64,000 nucleotides of DNA. Origin: an uncultured Acidobacteriota bacterium (GTDB lineage Bacteria > Acidobacteriota > Thermoanaerobaculia > Multivoradales > UBA5704). Position numbers and translations under genes: made by a program. Under the pieces are notes generated by a model. The model saw only the letters and a program-made list of their open reading frames with translations, was not told where the DNA came from and searched no databases. Numbering within the stretch: the stretch's first letter is position 1; the number at the start of each line of letters is the position of its first letter. The stretch covers positions 905 through 64,904 of the forward strand of contig CAVVXL010000005.1 of assembly GCA_963752235.1 (NCBI GenBank). The letters are read 5' to 3'. Of this stretch, positions 9,424-20,795 are shown one piece after another.

Positions 9424-10599
9424 TCAGTTCTGTTCGATCTCGAACGACAGGTCGCCGCCGCTCAGGAACTCGCTGTCGCCGGGCATCTGGATCGACTCGT
9501 CCATCTGGTCGCGCGAGATGTCGGCGGTGAACTGCACGCCCTGGATCTTCAACCGGAACTCGTCGGGGTTGGTGGCCCGCTTGAGCGCCTCGTCGAGGGT
9601 GATCAGGCCGCTCTTGTAGAGCTGGAAGAGCGACTGGTCGAAGGTCTGCATCCCGTACTGGCTGGTGCCGAGGGCGATCTGCTCGCGGATGTACTTGGTC
9701 TTCTCCTTGTTCTCGATGCACTCGCGGATGTAGGCGGTCGAGATCAGCACCTCGGCGGCGGGGACGCGTCCCATGCCGTCGGCGCGCGGCACCAGGCGCA
9801 GCGAGATCACCGACTTCAGCACCTGCGAGAGCTGGATGCGGATCTGCTTCTGGTGGTGCGGCGGAAAGACCGAGATGATGCGGTTGACCGTCTCGGTGGC
9901 GTCCAGGGTGTGGAGGGTCGAGAAGACCAGGTGCCCGGTCTCGGCGGCGAGCAGCGCCGTCTCGATCGTCTCGTAGTCGCGCATCTCGCCGACCAGCAGG
10001 ACGTCGGGGTCCTGGCGCAGGGCGGCGCGCAGGGCGCCGGCGAAGGAGTGGGTGTCGACGTCGATCTCGCGCTGGTTGACGATCGACTTCTTGTCGCGGT
10101 GGAGGAACTCGATCGGGTCCTCGATGGTGATCACGTGCTCGGTGCGGGTCGAGTTGATGTAGTCGAGCATCGCCGCCAGGCTGGTCGACTTCCCCGAGCC
10201 GGTGGTGCCGGTGCAGAGGACCAGGCCGCGGCGCTCCTCGCAGATCCGCTCGAGCACCGGCGGCAGCATCAGCTCGCGGACGCTCTGGATGCGCGCCGGG
10301 ATGACGCGGAGGACGAGCCCCACCGCCCCGCGCTGCTGGAAGACGTTGCAGCGGAAGCGGCCGAGCCCGGGGACCGAGTAGGCGATGTCGAGCTCGAGCT
10401 CTTCCTTGAAGCGCTGCTTCTGGCGGGCGTTCATCATCGAGAACGCCATCGCGATGGTGTCCTCCTGCATCAGCCGCTTGAGCTCGCCGAGCGGCAGCAG
10501 GTCGCCGTCGACCCGGATCACCGGGTGGCTCCCGACCTTGAGATGGAGGTCGGAGGCCTTGCGCTCCACCGCGATCTTGAGCAGGTCGTTGATGTTCAT
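9424..10599 (-). CDS. pilT: PilT/PilU-family type IV pilus retraction ATPase
   Basis: ASDLHL, GTTGSGKST, TIEDPIE, LRQDPD, GEMRD, ETGHL, TLH, GMQTFDQ; AIRNLIRE is replaced by YIRECIEN, so probably a paralogue. Confidence 0.9.
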   Translation of the reverse strand: MNINDLLKIAVERKASDLHLKVGSHPVIRVDGDLLPLGELKRLMQEDTIAMAFSMMNARQKQRFKEELELDIAYSVPGLGRFRCNVFQQRGAVGLVLRVIPARIQSVRELMLPPVLERICEERRGLVLCTGTTGSGKSTSLAAMLDYINSTRTEHVITIEDPIEFLHRDKKSIVNQREIDVDTHSFAGALRAALRQDPDVLLVGEMRDYETIETALLAAETGHLVFSTLHTLDATETVNRIISVFPPHHQKQIRIQLSQVLKSVISLRLVPRADGMGRVPAAEVLISTAYIRECIENKEKTKYIREQIALGTSQYGMQTFDQSLFQLYKSGLITLDEALKRATNPDEFRLKIQGVQFTADISRDQMDESIQMPGDSEFLSGGDLSFEIEQN

Positions 10600-10645
10600 C
10601 GGGTGGAGCCTCCCCCGGCACCTAAGCCGGGTGTCACGAACTGAT

Positions 10646-11629
10646 TTACCGACCTTGCGGAGCGGCGGCCGTCTCCGTCTGGACGCGCGCGTGAGCCCCG
10701 TGGTGCACCGGATGGAGCCAGCCGTGGCGGTCCGCGATCTCGCCCGCGATGATCCCCTTGAACTCCTCCATGATGCGCCGGGTGATCTCCCCGGGGCAAC
10801 CCTGGCCGACCGGATTGCGGTCGACGCCGCGGATCGGGGTGATCTCGGCCGCCGTGCCGGTCATGAACAGCTCGTCGCAGGTGTAGAGCTGGCCGCGCGG
10901 GATCTGCTCCTCGCGCACCGGGATGCCGAGGTCGCGGGCGATCTTGATCACCGTGTCGCGGGTGATCCCCTGTAAGACCGAGGCGGCGAGCGGGGGGGTG
11001 AGCAGCACGCCGTCCTGCACCATGAAGACGTTCTCGCCCGACCCTTCGCTGACGAAGCCGCGGGCGTCGAGCGCCAGACCCTCGGCGTAGCCGTTGGTCA
11101 CCGCCTCGATCTTGATCAGCTGGCCGTTCAGGTAGTTGCCGGTCGCCTTCGCCACCGCCGGCATCGAGTCGGCGGCGATCCGCCGCCACGAGGAGACGCA
11201 GACCTCGACGCCGCTCTCCGCCTCCTCGCCGAGGTACTTCCCCCAGTGCCAGCAGGCGATGAACACCTCGACCGGGTTCTTCAGCGGATTGACCCCGATC
11301 GTGTTGCCGAAGCCGCGGAAGACGATCGGACGGATGTAGCAGGATTCGAGCTCATTGGCGCGGATCGTCTCGCAGATCGCCTCGCTCAGCTCTTCGTGGG
11401 TGAAGGCGATCGGCATGCGGTAGACCTTGGCCGAGTTCTCGAGGCGCCGCACGTGCTCCGCGAGGCGGAAGACGGCCGAGCCCTGCTTGGTGTTGTAGCA
11501 GCGGATCCCCTCGAAAACGCCGGAGCCGTAGTGGAGCGCGTGGCTCAACACGTGCACGGTCGCGTCCTTGAAGTCGATGAGCTGGCCGTTCTTCCAGATC
11601 CAGCGGACACCGGCAAACGGGTTGGTCAC
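10646..11629 (-). CDS. ilvE: Branched-chain amino acid aminotransferase
   Basis: LHYGSGVFEG, YIRP, KATGNY, EGSGEN, GITR, GTAAE. Confidence 0.95.
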   Translation of the reverse strand: MTNPFAGVRWIWKNGQLIDFKDATVHVLSHALHYGSGVFEGIRCYNTKQGSAVFRLAEHVRRLENSAKVYRMPIAFTHEELSEAICETIRANELESCYIRPIVFRGFGNTIGVNPLKNPVEVFIACWHWGKYLGEEAESGVEVCVSSWRRIAADSMPAVAKATGNYLNGQLIKIEAVTNGYAEGLALDARGFVSEGSGENVFMVQDGVLLTPPLAASVLQGITRDTVIKIARDLGIPVREEQIPRGQLYTCDELFMTGTAAEITPIRGVDRNPVGQGCPGEITRRIMEEFKGIIAGEIADRHGWLHPVHHGAHARVQTETAAAPQGR

Positions 11630-11693
11630 GGGGGGCCTCCTTTAGAGCAGTCACCAATGAAACGAGGATGCTAGCCCGAACCCGCCGGGCCGG

Positions 11694-12443
11694 TCAATTT
11701 CGTACGGCGGGTGCCGCGATTCCGCCACCGGGAGGCAGCAAGAGGAAGGCGGCGCCCACCACGGCTGCGGTTTCGAGGCGTAGCGTGCGCTCCCCCAGGC
11801 CCACCGGCCGCCACCCGGCGGCGAGGAGGTCCCGCCGCTCGCCGGGGTCGAGCCCCCCTTCGGGACCGACCAGCAGCGCGGCGGAGCTCCCGTCGACCGC
11901 CTCCCAGCCGCCCGGATCGACGGCCTCGGTGTCGAGGAACCAGCGGCCGCCGTCGCCGCCCGCATCCCCGGCACCGCCGAGCGAGCGGATCTCGCTCCAG
12001 GCGTGGGGGCCGGTGATCTCGGGGAGGCGCGAGCGGTGGCACTGCTCGACCGCCGACACGGCCACCCGGCGCAGGCGGTCGAAGATGCCGGAGCCGATGT
12101 CGCGCGGCGCCCGCGCCATGTTGAGGAAGCGGATGCCGGCGACGCCGACCTCGGTCGCCTTCTCGATCAGCCACGAGGCGCGCTCCGGCCGGCAGGTGGG
12201 GACGAGCAGCTCGAGGTGCAGCGCCGGCTCGTGGGCGGGCGCCGGTTCCCCCAGGGCGACGGTGGCCGAGGTGCGGTCGACCCGCGCCACCTTCCCCCAG
12301 CGCGCCCGCCCGCGGCCGTCGACGATCCGCATCTCCTCTCCCACGGCCACCCGCCGCGCCCGGAAGAGGTGCTGGTAGGACTCCCCCTCGACCCGCAGCT
12401 CGCGGGCGTCGAAGAGGGCGGGCTCGGTGAGGAGAGTGATCAT
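11694..12443 (-). CDS. rsmE: 16S rRNA m3U1498 methyltransferase RsmE
   Basis: EKATEVG, AVEQC, VGPEGG, LRLETA; ATG overlaps the prmA stop. Confidence 0.92.
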   Translation of the reverse strand: MITLLTEPALFDARELRVEGESYQHLFRARRVAVGEEMRIVDGRGRARWGKVARVDRTSATVALGEPAPAHEPALHLELLVPTCRPERASWLIEKATEVGVAGIRFLNMARAPRDIGSGIFDRLRRVAVSAVEQCHRSRLPEITGPHAWSEIRSLGGAGDAGGDGGRWFLDTEAVDPGGWEAVDGSSAALLVGPEGGLDPGERRDLLAAGWRPVGLGERTLRLETAAVVGAAFLLLPPGGGIAAPAVRN

Positions 12444-13285
12444 GGGAGGGGATGGTAGCGCACCCGGCCGACCCGAAAGGCCACCCAATCCCCCGCGCTC
12501 TTTCTCCCGACCTCGAAGAACCCCAGCCCGCGCAGGCGGTCGAGCACCTGCCGGCCGCGCTCGGCGAGGATGCCGGAGAGGATCGCCTCGCCGCCGGGGG
12601 TCAGCCGGCGGACCAGGGCGGGCATCTCGGGGAGGATCTGCTCCGGCACCACGTTGACCAGGGCGAGGTCGAAGGCCGGACGGTCGCGGAGGGCCGCCAG
12701 CATCCCGGCGAAGAGGCGCGGGTGGAGACCGTTCAAGACGCTGTTGTCGCGGGCGTGGAACGGCGCGGCGGGATCGACGTCGTAGCCGACCACGCTCCGC
12801 GCCCCGAAGAGGAGCGCGGCGAAGGCGAGGACGCCCGTGCCGGTGCCGACGTCGAGCACCCGCCGGCCGCGGACGTCGGCGTCCTCCAGGAGCTCGAGGG
12901 CGAGCGCGGTCGATTCGTGGCTGCCGGTGCCGAAGGCGGCGCGGGCGGGGAGGCGCAGGCGATGCCGCCCGTCGGGGACCTCGGCGGGCGCCTCCTCCGG
13001 CTCGCGGGGATCGAGGTGGAGCGTCCGCCCGACCGGGAAGGGGACCGCCCGCTCGCGCCAGGTGGCGAACCAGTCGGCGTCGGGGACCGTCTCCGCGCTC
13101 TCCAGCTCGACCCCCGGCAGCGGCTCGGGGGCCGCGGCGTCGAGAGGGAACCAGGCCTCCAGGCGCAGCCGGCCGTCGGCGCCGGTCAGGGTCTGCACGC
13201 CGAGCGTGCCGGCCATCCAGAGCCGGGCGACGGCGGCTTCCTCGCGGTCGGCCGGGAGGACGTAGATGCGGCGGAGGTGGGGCAT
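12440..13285 (-). CDS. prmA: Ribosomal protein L11 methyltransferase
   Basis: AFGTGSHEST, VLDVGTGTGVL, ILSGI; dnaJ-prmA-rsmE synteny. Confidence 0.92.
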   Translation of the reverse strand: MPHLRRIYVLPADREEAAVARLWMAGTLGVQTLTGADGRLRLEAWFPLDAAAPEPLPGVELESAETVPDADWFATWRERAVPFPVGRTLHLDPREPEEAPAEVPDGRHRLRLPARAAFGTGSHESTALALELLEDADVRGRRVLDVGTGTGVLAFAALLFGARSVVGYDVDPAAPFHARDNSVLNGLHPRLFAGMLAALRDRPAFDLALVNVVPEQILPEMPALVRRLTPGGEAILSGILAERGRQVLDRLRGLGFFEVGRKSAGDWVAFRVGRVRYHPLP

Positions 13286-13294
13286 GGTCCGCCC

Positions 13295-14404
13295 CTATCC
13301 GAACAAATTCTTCACCCGCTCGATGACCCCCTTCTCCTCCTTGACCGGGTGGCCGCCGAGCTCGGCGAGCCGGCGCAGGAGCTGGAGCTCCTCGGCGGAG
13401 AGGTTGCGCGGGCTGGGGACCTCGACCTCCACGGTCACCACGTGGTCGCCCTTGCCGCTGCCGTCGAGGCGGGGGATCCCCTGGCCGCGGACGCGGAAGT
13501 CGCGCCCGTGCTGGGTCCCCGCCGGCACATCGAGGGTCGACTTGCCGTGCAGCGTGTCGATCTCGACCGAGGTGCCGAGCACCGCCTGCGGGTAGCTGAT
13601 CGACTGCCGCGAGAGCACCGTCGCGCCGTCGCGGCGGAACACCTTGTGGGGGCGCACCGAGAGGACGACGTAGAGGTCCCCCGCGGGGCCCCCGCGGCGG
13701 CCGTGCTCCCCCTCGCCAGTGAGGCGCAGGCGGGCGCCGGTGTCGACCCCGGCGGGGATCTTGACGGTGATCGAGCGCTCCTCCTCCACCCGTCCCTCGC
13801 CGTGGCACTCGGTGCACGGCGAGGAGATCACCCGCCCCTCCCCCTGGCACTGCGGGCAGGTGCGGGCGACGGTGAAGAACCCCTGCGTGAAGCGCACCTG
13901 GCCGCGGCCGGCGCACCCCTGGCAGACGGTGGGCGGAGCGCCGTCGGCGCTGCCGCTCCCCTCGCACTTCGGGCACCCCTCGAGGCGGGGGATCTTGAGC
14001 GTCGTGTCGGTGCCGAAGGCCGCCTCCTCGAAGGTGAGGGTGAGGTCGTAGCGCAGGTCGGCGCCGCGGGTCATGCCGTTCGGGTTGCTCCGGCGGCCGC
14101 CGCCGAAGCCGAAGAGGTCGCCCAGGATGTCGGAGAAGTCGGCGAAGATCGTCGGGTCGAACCCCCCGGCGCCGGCGCCCGACACCCCCTGGTGGCCGAA
14201 GCGGTCGTAGCGCGCCCGCTTGTCGGCGTCCGAGAGCACGGAGTAGGCCTCGGCCGCCTCCTTGAAGCGCTCCTCGGCCTCCTTGTCGCCGGGGTTCTTG
14301 TCCGGATGGTCGCGCACCGCGATCTTGCGGTACGCCGACTTGATCTCAGCTTGAGTGGCGGTCTTCTCGACCACCAGCACCTCGTAATAATCGCGTTTCG
14401 CCAT
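13295..14404 (-). CDS. dnaJ: Chaperone DnaJ
   Basis: J domain with HPD, G/F-rich region, four CxxCxGxG repeats. Confidence 0.97.
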   Translation of the reverse strand: MAKRDYYEVLVVEKTATQAEIKSAYRKIAVRDHPDKNPGDKEAEERFKEAAEAYSVLSDADKRARYDRFGHQGVSGAGAGGFDPTIFADFSDILGDLFGFGGGRRSNPNGMTRGADLRYDLTLTFEEAAFGTDTTLKIPRLEGCPKCEGSGSADGAPPTVCQGCAGRGQVRFTQGFFTVARTCPQCQGEGRVISSPCTECHGEGRVEEERSITVKIPAGVDTGARLRLTGEGEHGRRGGPAGDLYVVLSVRPHKVFRRDGATVLSRQSISYPQAVLGTSVEIDTLHGKSTLDVPAGTQHGRDFRVRGQGIPRLDGSGKGDHVVTVEVEVPSPRNLSAEELQLLRRLAELGGHPVKEEKGVIERVKNLFG

Positions 14405-14410
14405 TCCTGC

Positions 14411-16249
<1,839 letters not shown>

Positions 16250-16499
16250 TGTCTTTTAGGGCCGCCGGTGTCGGGTTCCAGGGTTCTCCGCGTGCTGTCC
16301 GGCGAATGCCTGGCGAAGTGCCCGGCAAAACAGGCCTGACCAATATCGCATCGGCGGGCTCCTCCTCCTCCGATGAAAGAGGGCGGAGCCCCAAGGGCCG
16401 ATGCGTCTCGCCTGCGGAACGAAAGCTCCGGCTATTGTACGTGGTTCCGGAAGGAATCCGGCGAATACGGGCCGGGAGCCTCCAGGCTACAGAGCCGGG

Positions 16500-17198
16500 C
16501 TACAGCGCGGGGCCCTCCTCGCCGCCGCCCGCCGGCCCCTGCGACCCCTCCGAGCTCGCCGCGGCGGCCTCGGCCGGCACCGCGACGCGGACCATCGCCG
16601 GCCGCAGCAGGCGGTCGTGGAGCTTGTAGCCGCGCCGCAGCTCCGCCACCACGGTGGGAGCCTTGACCTCCCGGCTCTCCTCGCGCGACACCGCCTCGTG
16701 CAGGGTGGGGTCGAACGGCTGCCCCACCGACGGCACCTCGACGGCGCCGAAGCGGCGCAGCAGCTCACCCATCTGGCGGTGGATCATCTCCACCCCTCGC
16801 TTGAGGTCGTCGGCCGACCCCTGGGCGGAGAGCGCGAGGTCGAGGTTGTCCGCCACCGCCAGCATCTCGCGCAGCGGCTCGAGCACGGCGAACTTCCTCT
16901 GCTCCTGGCGCTCGCGCTCGCTGCGCTTGCGGAAATTGTCGAAGTCCGCCAGGGTGCGCGTCGCGCGGTCGCGCAGCTCGGCGACCTCCTGGCGCAGCCG
17001 CGCCACCTCGGCGGGGGTGCCCGCGTCCCGCGGGCGCGGCGGCTCCCGCGTGGCTCCCGCATCGTGGCGGGCGCCGGACTCCACCCCTTCGACCGCCGCC
17101 ACCGCGGCGCGCATGGCGGCCTCGAGATCCGTGCTCGGATCGTCCAGATCGAGGGCGAGCTCGGAAGCTTCGCCTCTGTCCTTCATGTCCTCTGCCAT
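16500..17198 (-). CDS. grpE: Nucleotide exchange factor GrpE (alternative start 17243)
   Basis: ADFDNFRKR, FDPTLHEA, GYKLHDRLLRPAMV. Confidence 0.95.
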   Translation of the reverse strand: MAEDMKDRGEASELALDLDDPSTDLEAAMRAAVAAVEGVESGARHDAGATREPPRPRDAGTPAEVARLRQEVAELRDRATRTLADFDNFRKRSERERQEQRKFAVLEPLREMLAVADNLDLALSAQGSADDLKRGVEMIHRQMGELLRRFGAVEVPSVGQPFDPTLHEAVSREESREVKAPTVVAELRRGYKLHDRLLRPAMVRVAVPAEAAAASSEGSQGPAGGGEEGPAL

Positions 17199-17304
17199 GC
17201 CGTCCTCGCTCTCCGGTATCACGTCGCTCGCGATGATGTCCATCCGTTCAGTGAAGAATCGATCTCGAGGCGTCCAGAATTCCAGGAATCCGCGGGCCGC
17301 CGCC

Positions 17305-18390
17305 TCAGCGGCGGTCGGGCTCGCCGGAGAACGCCTCGGCGAGCGCCCGGCTCAGGGTCTCGCCCAGAAAATTGACCAGCGGGATGATCTTCTCGTACTC
17401 CATCCGCGAGGGCCCCACGATCCCCAGCGTGCCGAGCGGGCGTTCGCCCAGGCCGTAGGGGGTCGCCACGACGCTGAACTCGAGGTCCGCGGTCAGCTCG
17501 CAGTCCGCGCCGATCAGGACGCGCACGCCGCCCCCCTGGATGCAGCGGTTGAGGATGCGCACCAGCCGCGCCTTGTCGGCGAAGGCGTCGAACATCCGGC
17601 GCACCCGCGCGACGTCGGAGAGCTCGGGCTTGGCGAGCAGCATCGAGGTGCCGTCCACCATCACGCCGGGCGCGCCGTCGGCGGCGAGGCCGGCCTGGGC
17701 CAGCTCGACCGTCCGCGCCAGCATGCGGTCCATCTGCGCCTTCTCCTCGACCATCATGCGCACCAGCCGCTCGCGGATCTCGCGCAGGGTCTGGCCGGCG
17801 AAGCTCGCCGTCAGGTAGTTGGAGATCCGCACCAGCTCCTCGCGCGGGATCTCCTCCTCGGTCTCGACCACCTTGTTGTCGATGAAGCCGGTCGCGGAGA
17901 CCACCACGCAGAGGATCTTGCGGCCGGCGACGGGGACGAAGTCGATCGCCTTGAGCACCGTCTCGCCGATCCCCGGGGCGACCACCACCCCCACCTGGCT
18001 CGACAGCTCCGAGAGCAGGTGCGAGGCGGTGCCGAGGAGCTCGTCGGCGTCCGTCGAGCCCCCCTTGAGGTGGTCCTCGATGTAGCGCCGCTCGCGCACC
18101 GGCACCGTCCGCGCCTCCATCATCGACTGGATGAACAGGTGGTAGGCCGCCGCCGTGGGCACCCGGCCGGCCGAGGTGTGGGGCTGCATCAGGAAGCCCC
18201 AATCCTCGAGGTCGGCCATGACGTTGCGGATCGTCGCCGCCGACAGGCCGAGCTGGGCGTGCTTCGACACCGAGCGCGAGCTGACCGGCTCGGCGCTCAG
18301 GATGTAGGTCAGGATGACGTCCTTCAGGATCTCGCGATCCCGCGGGCTCAACCTTCCCGGATCCCTGCCCTGATCCCTGGCGTCCGGCAT
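17305..18390 (-). CDS. hrcA: Heat-inducible transcription repressor HrcA
   Basis: PVSS, SAATIRNVMADLE, PHTSAGRVPT, GPSRMEY. Confidence 0.96.
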   Translation of the reverse strand: MPDARDQGRDPGRLSPRDREILKDVILTYILSAEPVSSRSVSKHAQLGLSAATIRNVMADLEDWGFLMQPHTSAGRVPTAAAYHLFIQSMMEARTVPVRERRYIEDHLKGGSTDADELLGTASHLLSELSSQVGVVVAPGIGETVLKAIDFVPVAGRKILCVVVSATGFIDNKVVETEEEIPREELVRISNYLTASFAGQTLREIRERLVRMMVEEKAQMDRMLARTVELAQAGLAADGAPGVMVDGTSMLLAKPELSDVARVRRMFDAFADKARLVRILNRCIQGGGVRVLIGADCELTADLEFSVVATPYGLGERPLGTLGIVGPSRMEYEKIIPLVNFLGETLSRALAEAFSGEPDRR

Positions 18391-18404
18391 CGTCGCTTCC
18401 TAAG

Positions 18405-18431
18405 TTAGCACTCTCGCCATGAGAGTGCTAA
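18405..18431. promoter_or_regulatory. CIRCE operator (HrcA binding site)
   Basis: Perfect TTAGCACTC-N9-GAGTGCTAA between the hrcA promoter and its start codon. Confidence 0.97.
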
Positions 18432-18434
18432 CGC

Positions 18435-18463
18435 ATGGTACGCTCCGCAGCTTCCCGTGTCAA
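18435..18463 (-). promoter_or_regulatory. Sigma70-type promoter of the hrcA operon
   Basis: TTGACA-N17-TACCAT on the minus strand, immediately upstream of CIRCE. Confidence 0.85.
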
Positions 18464-18527
18464 GCCGCCCGGGCCCAAACCACTGAGCACAGAAGACTTC
18501 TCATCCCATGCCAGCTCTCGCGGCGGC

Positions 18528-18556
18528 TTGCCAGGCCGCGGGCGAGAGGCTATCGT
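18528..18556 (+). promoter_or_regulatory. Sigma70-type promoter, probably leaderless, for the DUF2520 gene
   Basis: TTGCCA-N17-TATCGT, 6 nt before GTG 18563. Confidence 0.6.
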
Positions 18557-18562
18557 TCGGCC

Positions 18563-19402
18563 GTGGACGACTTACAGGGTTTGCGCTTCTCGCTGGTCGG
18601 CCCCGGCCGGGTGGGCTCCAGCCTCGCGCGCTGGGCCCTCGCGGCCGGGGCGGAGCTGGTCTCGGTCTCGGGACGGCGGCCGGGCGAGGCGGCGTGGGCC
18701 GGAGGCCCGGCGCTCCGCGAGCTGGCCGGCCTCGCCACCCAGGGGCAGGACCTGCTGCTGATCGCCGTCGGCGACCACGAGATCCCCGCGGTGGCGGCGG
18801 AGCTGGCCGGCAGGCCCCAGGCGCAGGCCGTCCTCCACACCTCGGGGAGCCTCGACGCCTCGGTGCTCGCGGCGCTCCGCGAGCCGCGCACCTCGGTCGG
18901 CTCGCTGCACCCGCTGAAAGCCTTTCCCCGCCCCCTCCCCGACCCGGCCGAGGCGCGGGGGGTCTTCTTCGCCGTCGACGGCGGCGGGGTGGCGCGGGCG
19001 ATGGCCAGCCGCCTGGCGGCGGCCTGGGGCGGGGTGGCCGCCGAGGTCCCCGCCGGCTCGCGGCCGCTCTACCACTTCGCCGCCACCCTGGCGGCCGGAG
19101 GGGTGACCACGCTGGTCGCCGCCGCGGCGGAGATCGCCGCCACCCTCGGCCTGCCGGCCGAGGTGAGCCGCGGCTACCTGGAGCTCGCCCGCGGGGCGAT
19201 CGCCGCCGCCCTCGGCACGCTCGACGAGGGGCGCCCGCTCATCCGAGCGATCACCGGCCCCGCCGCCCGCGGCGACCGCGAGACCCTGCGCCGCCACCTC
19301 GAGGCGCTCACCCGCCTCGCTCCCGAGAAGCTCCCGCTCGCCATGTTCCTGATGCGCGAGACCCTGCGGATGACCGGCCAGGACGCGGACGACGACGAAT
19401 GA
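18563..19402 (+). CDS. Rossmann-like + DUF2520 oxidoreductase (PanG-like)
   Basis: GPGRVG, HTSGS, SLHPL, LYH, TGPAARGD..TL..H. Confidence 0.85.
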   Translation: MDDLQGLRFSLVGPGRVGSSLARWALAAGAELVSVSGRRPGEAAWAGGPALRELAGLATQGQDLLLIAVGDHEIPAVAAELAGRPQAQAVLHTSGSLDASVLAALREPRTSVGSLHPLKAFPRPLPDPAEARGVFFAVDGGGVARAMASRLAAAWGGVAAEVPAGSRPLYHFAATLAAGGVTTLVAAAAEIAATLGLPAEVSRGYLELARGAIAAALGTLDEGRPLIRAITGPAARGDRETLRRHLEALTRLAPEKLPLAMFLMRETLRMTGQDADDDE

Positions 19403-19474
19403 CGACGAAAAGGGCGCCGGAAACCGCCGGGGAAAAACCGCTCCGGCCCCCCGGGCCGCTGGATTTCCCTGCAA

Positions 19475-19505
19475 TTGACGCACCCCCCGCAACGGGTGCT
19501 ATGCT
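19475..19505 (+). promoter_or_regulatory. Putative promoter for the mglA-like-nrdR-hsp20-lon-thiL operon
   Basis: TTGACG-N19-TATGCT with a TG extended -10. Confidence 0.5.
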
Positions 19506-19536
19506 TCGATGCCCATTTCGAACGCGCTAAACCCCT

Positions 19537-20783
19537 ATGGTTTTCTTCAATTACAGCACGATGCAGATGGCGGCCAAGGTCGTCTATTACGGCCCCGGTC
19601 TGTGCGGGAAGACGACCAATCTCCACTACATCTACCAGCACACGACGGGGGACTCGCGGGGCGAGATGGTCTCGCTCGAGACGGAGACCGACCGCACCCT
19701 CTTCTTCGACCTGCTGCCGATCGACGTCGGCTCGATCGCCGGCTTCAACACCCGCATCCAGCTCTACACCGTCCCCGGCCAGGTGTTCTACAACACCACC
19801 CGCAAGCTGGTGCTCAAGGGGGTGGACGGCATCGTCTACGTGGCCGACTCGCAGCGCGCGATGCTGCAGGCCAACGTCGAGTCGTTCCGCAATCTCGAAG
19901 ACAACCTGACGGAGATGGGGCTCTCGGTCGAGACCCTGCCGCTGGTGCTCCAGTTCAACAAGCGCGACCTGGCGGACATCTGCTCGGTCGAGGAGATGAA
20001 CGCCGCCCTCAACCGCCACAACTGGCCCTCCTTCGAGGCGTCGGCGGTGACCGGGATGGGAGTGTTCGAGACCCTCAAGGGGATCTCGCGCTTCACCCTG
20101 ATGGCGCTCAAGAAGCGGCTCGGCCGCAGCGAGCCGGCGGCGCCGGCGGCGGCCCGGCCGCCGGTCGCGGCACCGCCGCCGAGGCCGGCCGCGGCCCCCT
20201 CGCCGCCTCCCCTGGCCGCTCCGGCCTCGCCGCCGGCGGCCGTTCCGCCGCCCCAGCCCCCCCAGATGGCGCCACGGCCCGCTCCGCCGGCAGCGGCGGC
20301 AGCGACCGGCCTGCCTAAAGCCCCCCCACCCGCCGGCCGGACGCGCACGATGGACGTGCTGGGCGAGCTCGAGAAGCTCCGCCGCGAGGCCGCCGCGCCG
20401 GGCCAGCGACCGACGACCGGGGCGATCCCGCGGCCCGCCGCTCCGGCGCCGCCCCCGCCGGCGCCCAGGCCTGCCCCGGCTCCGGTGGCGGCCCGGCTCC
20501 GGCTCCAGCTCCGGCGGCGCCTCCTCCAGCCCCTGTCGTCCACGCCGCCGGCACCGCCGGCGCCGGGACGAACGGCCGCGGCGAGCTGTCGCGCAGCATC
20601 GAGATGACGCTGCGCCGCGCCGACTTCCAGCGCGCCCGCCGGGTGCTGATCAGCTTCCAGGTGGAGGACGACCAGCACCGGGTGATGGACGCGGTGCGCG
20701 ATCTGCCGGTGGAGATCAAGGATGCCGCGGGCCTCGAGAAGCTCCTCTTGCGGCTCAACATCGCCTTGAATTCCAAGGAATAG
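19537..20783 (+). CDS. mglA: MglA-family small GTPase with a Pro/Ala-rich linker and C-terminal domain; apparent 1-nt frameshift near 20491 (in-frame stop at 20607)
   Basis: YGPGLCGKTTN, DRTLFFD, YTVPGQ, NKRD. After GCGGCCCGG the shifted frame continues the AP-rich linker into GELSRSIEMTLRRADFQRARRVLISFQVED...LNSKE* (stop at 20783). Confidence 0.8.
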
Positions 20784-20795
20784 GGGGCGCGCGCG

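Noticed and set aside
16441-16460. TCCGGAAGGAA resembling SRP RNA helix 8
   Set aside because: It lacks the flanking CAGG/AGCA symmetric loop and the long enclosing stem.
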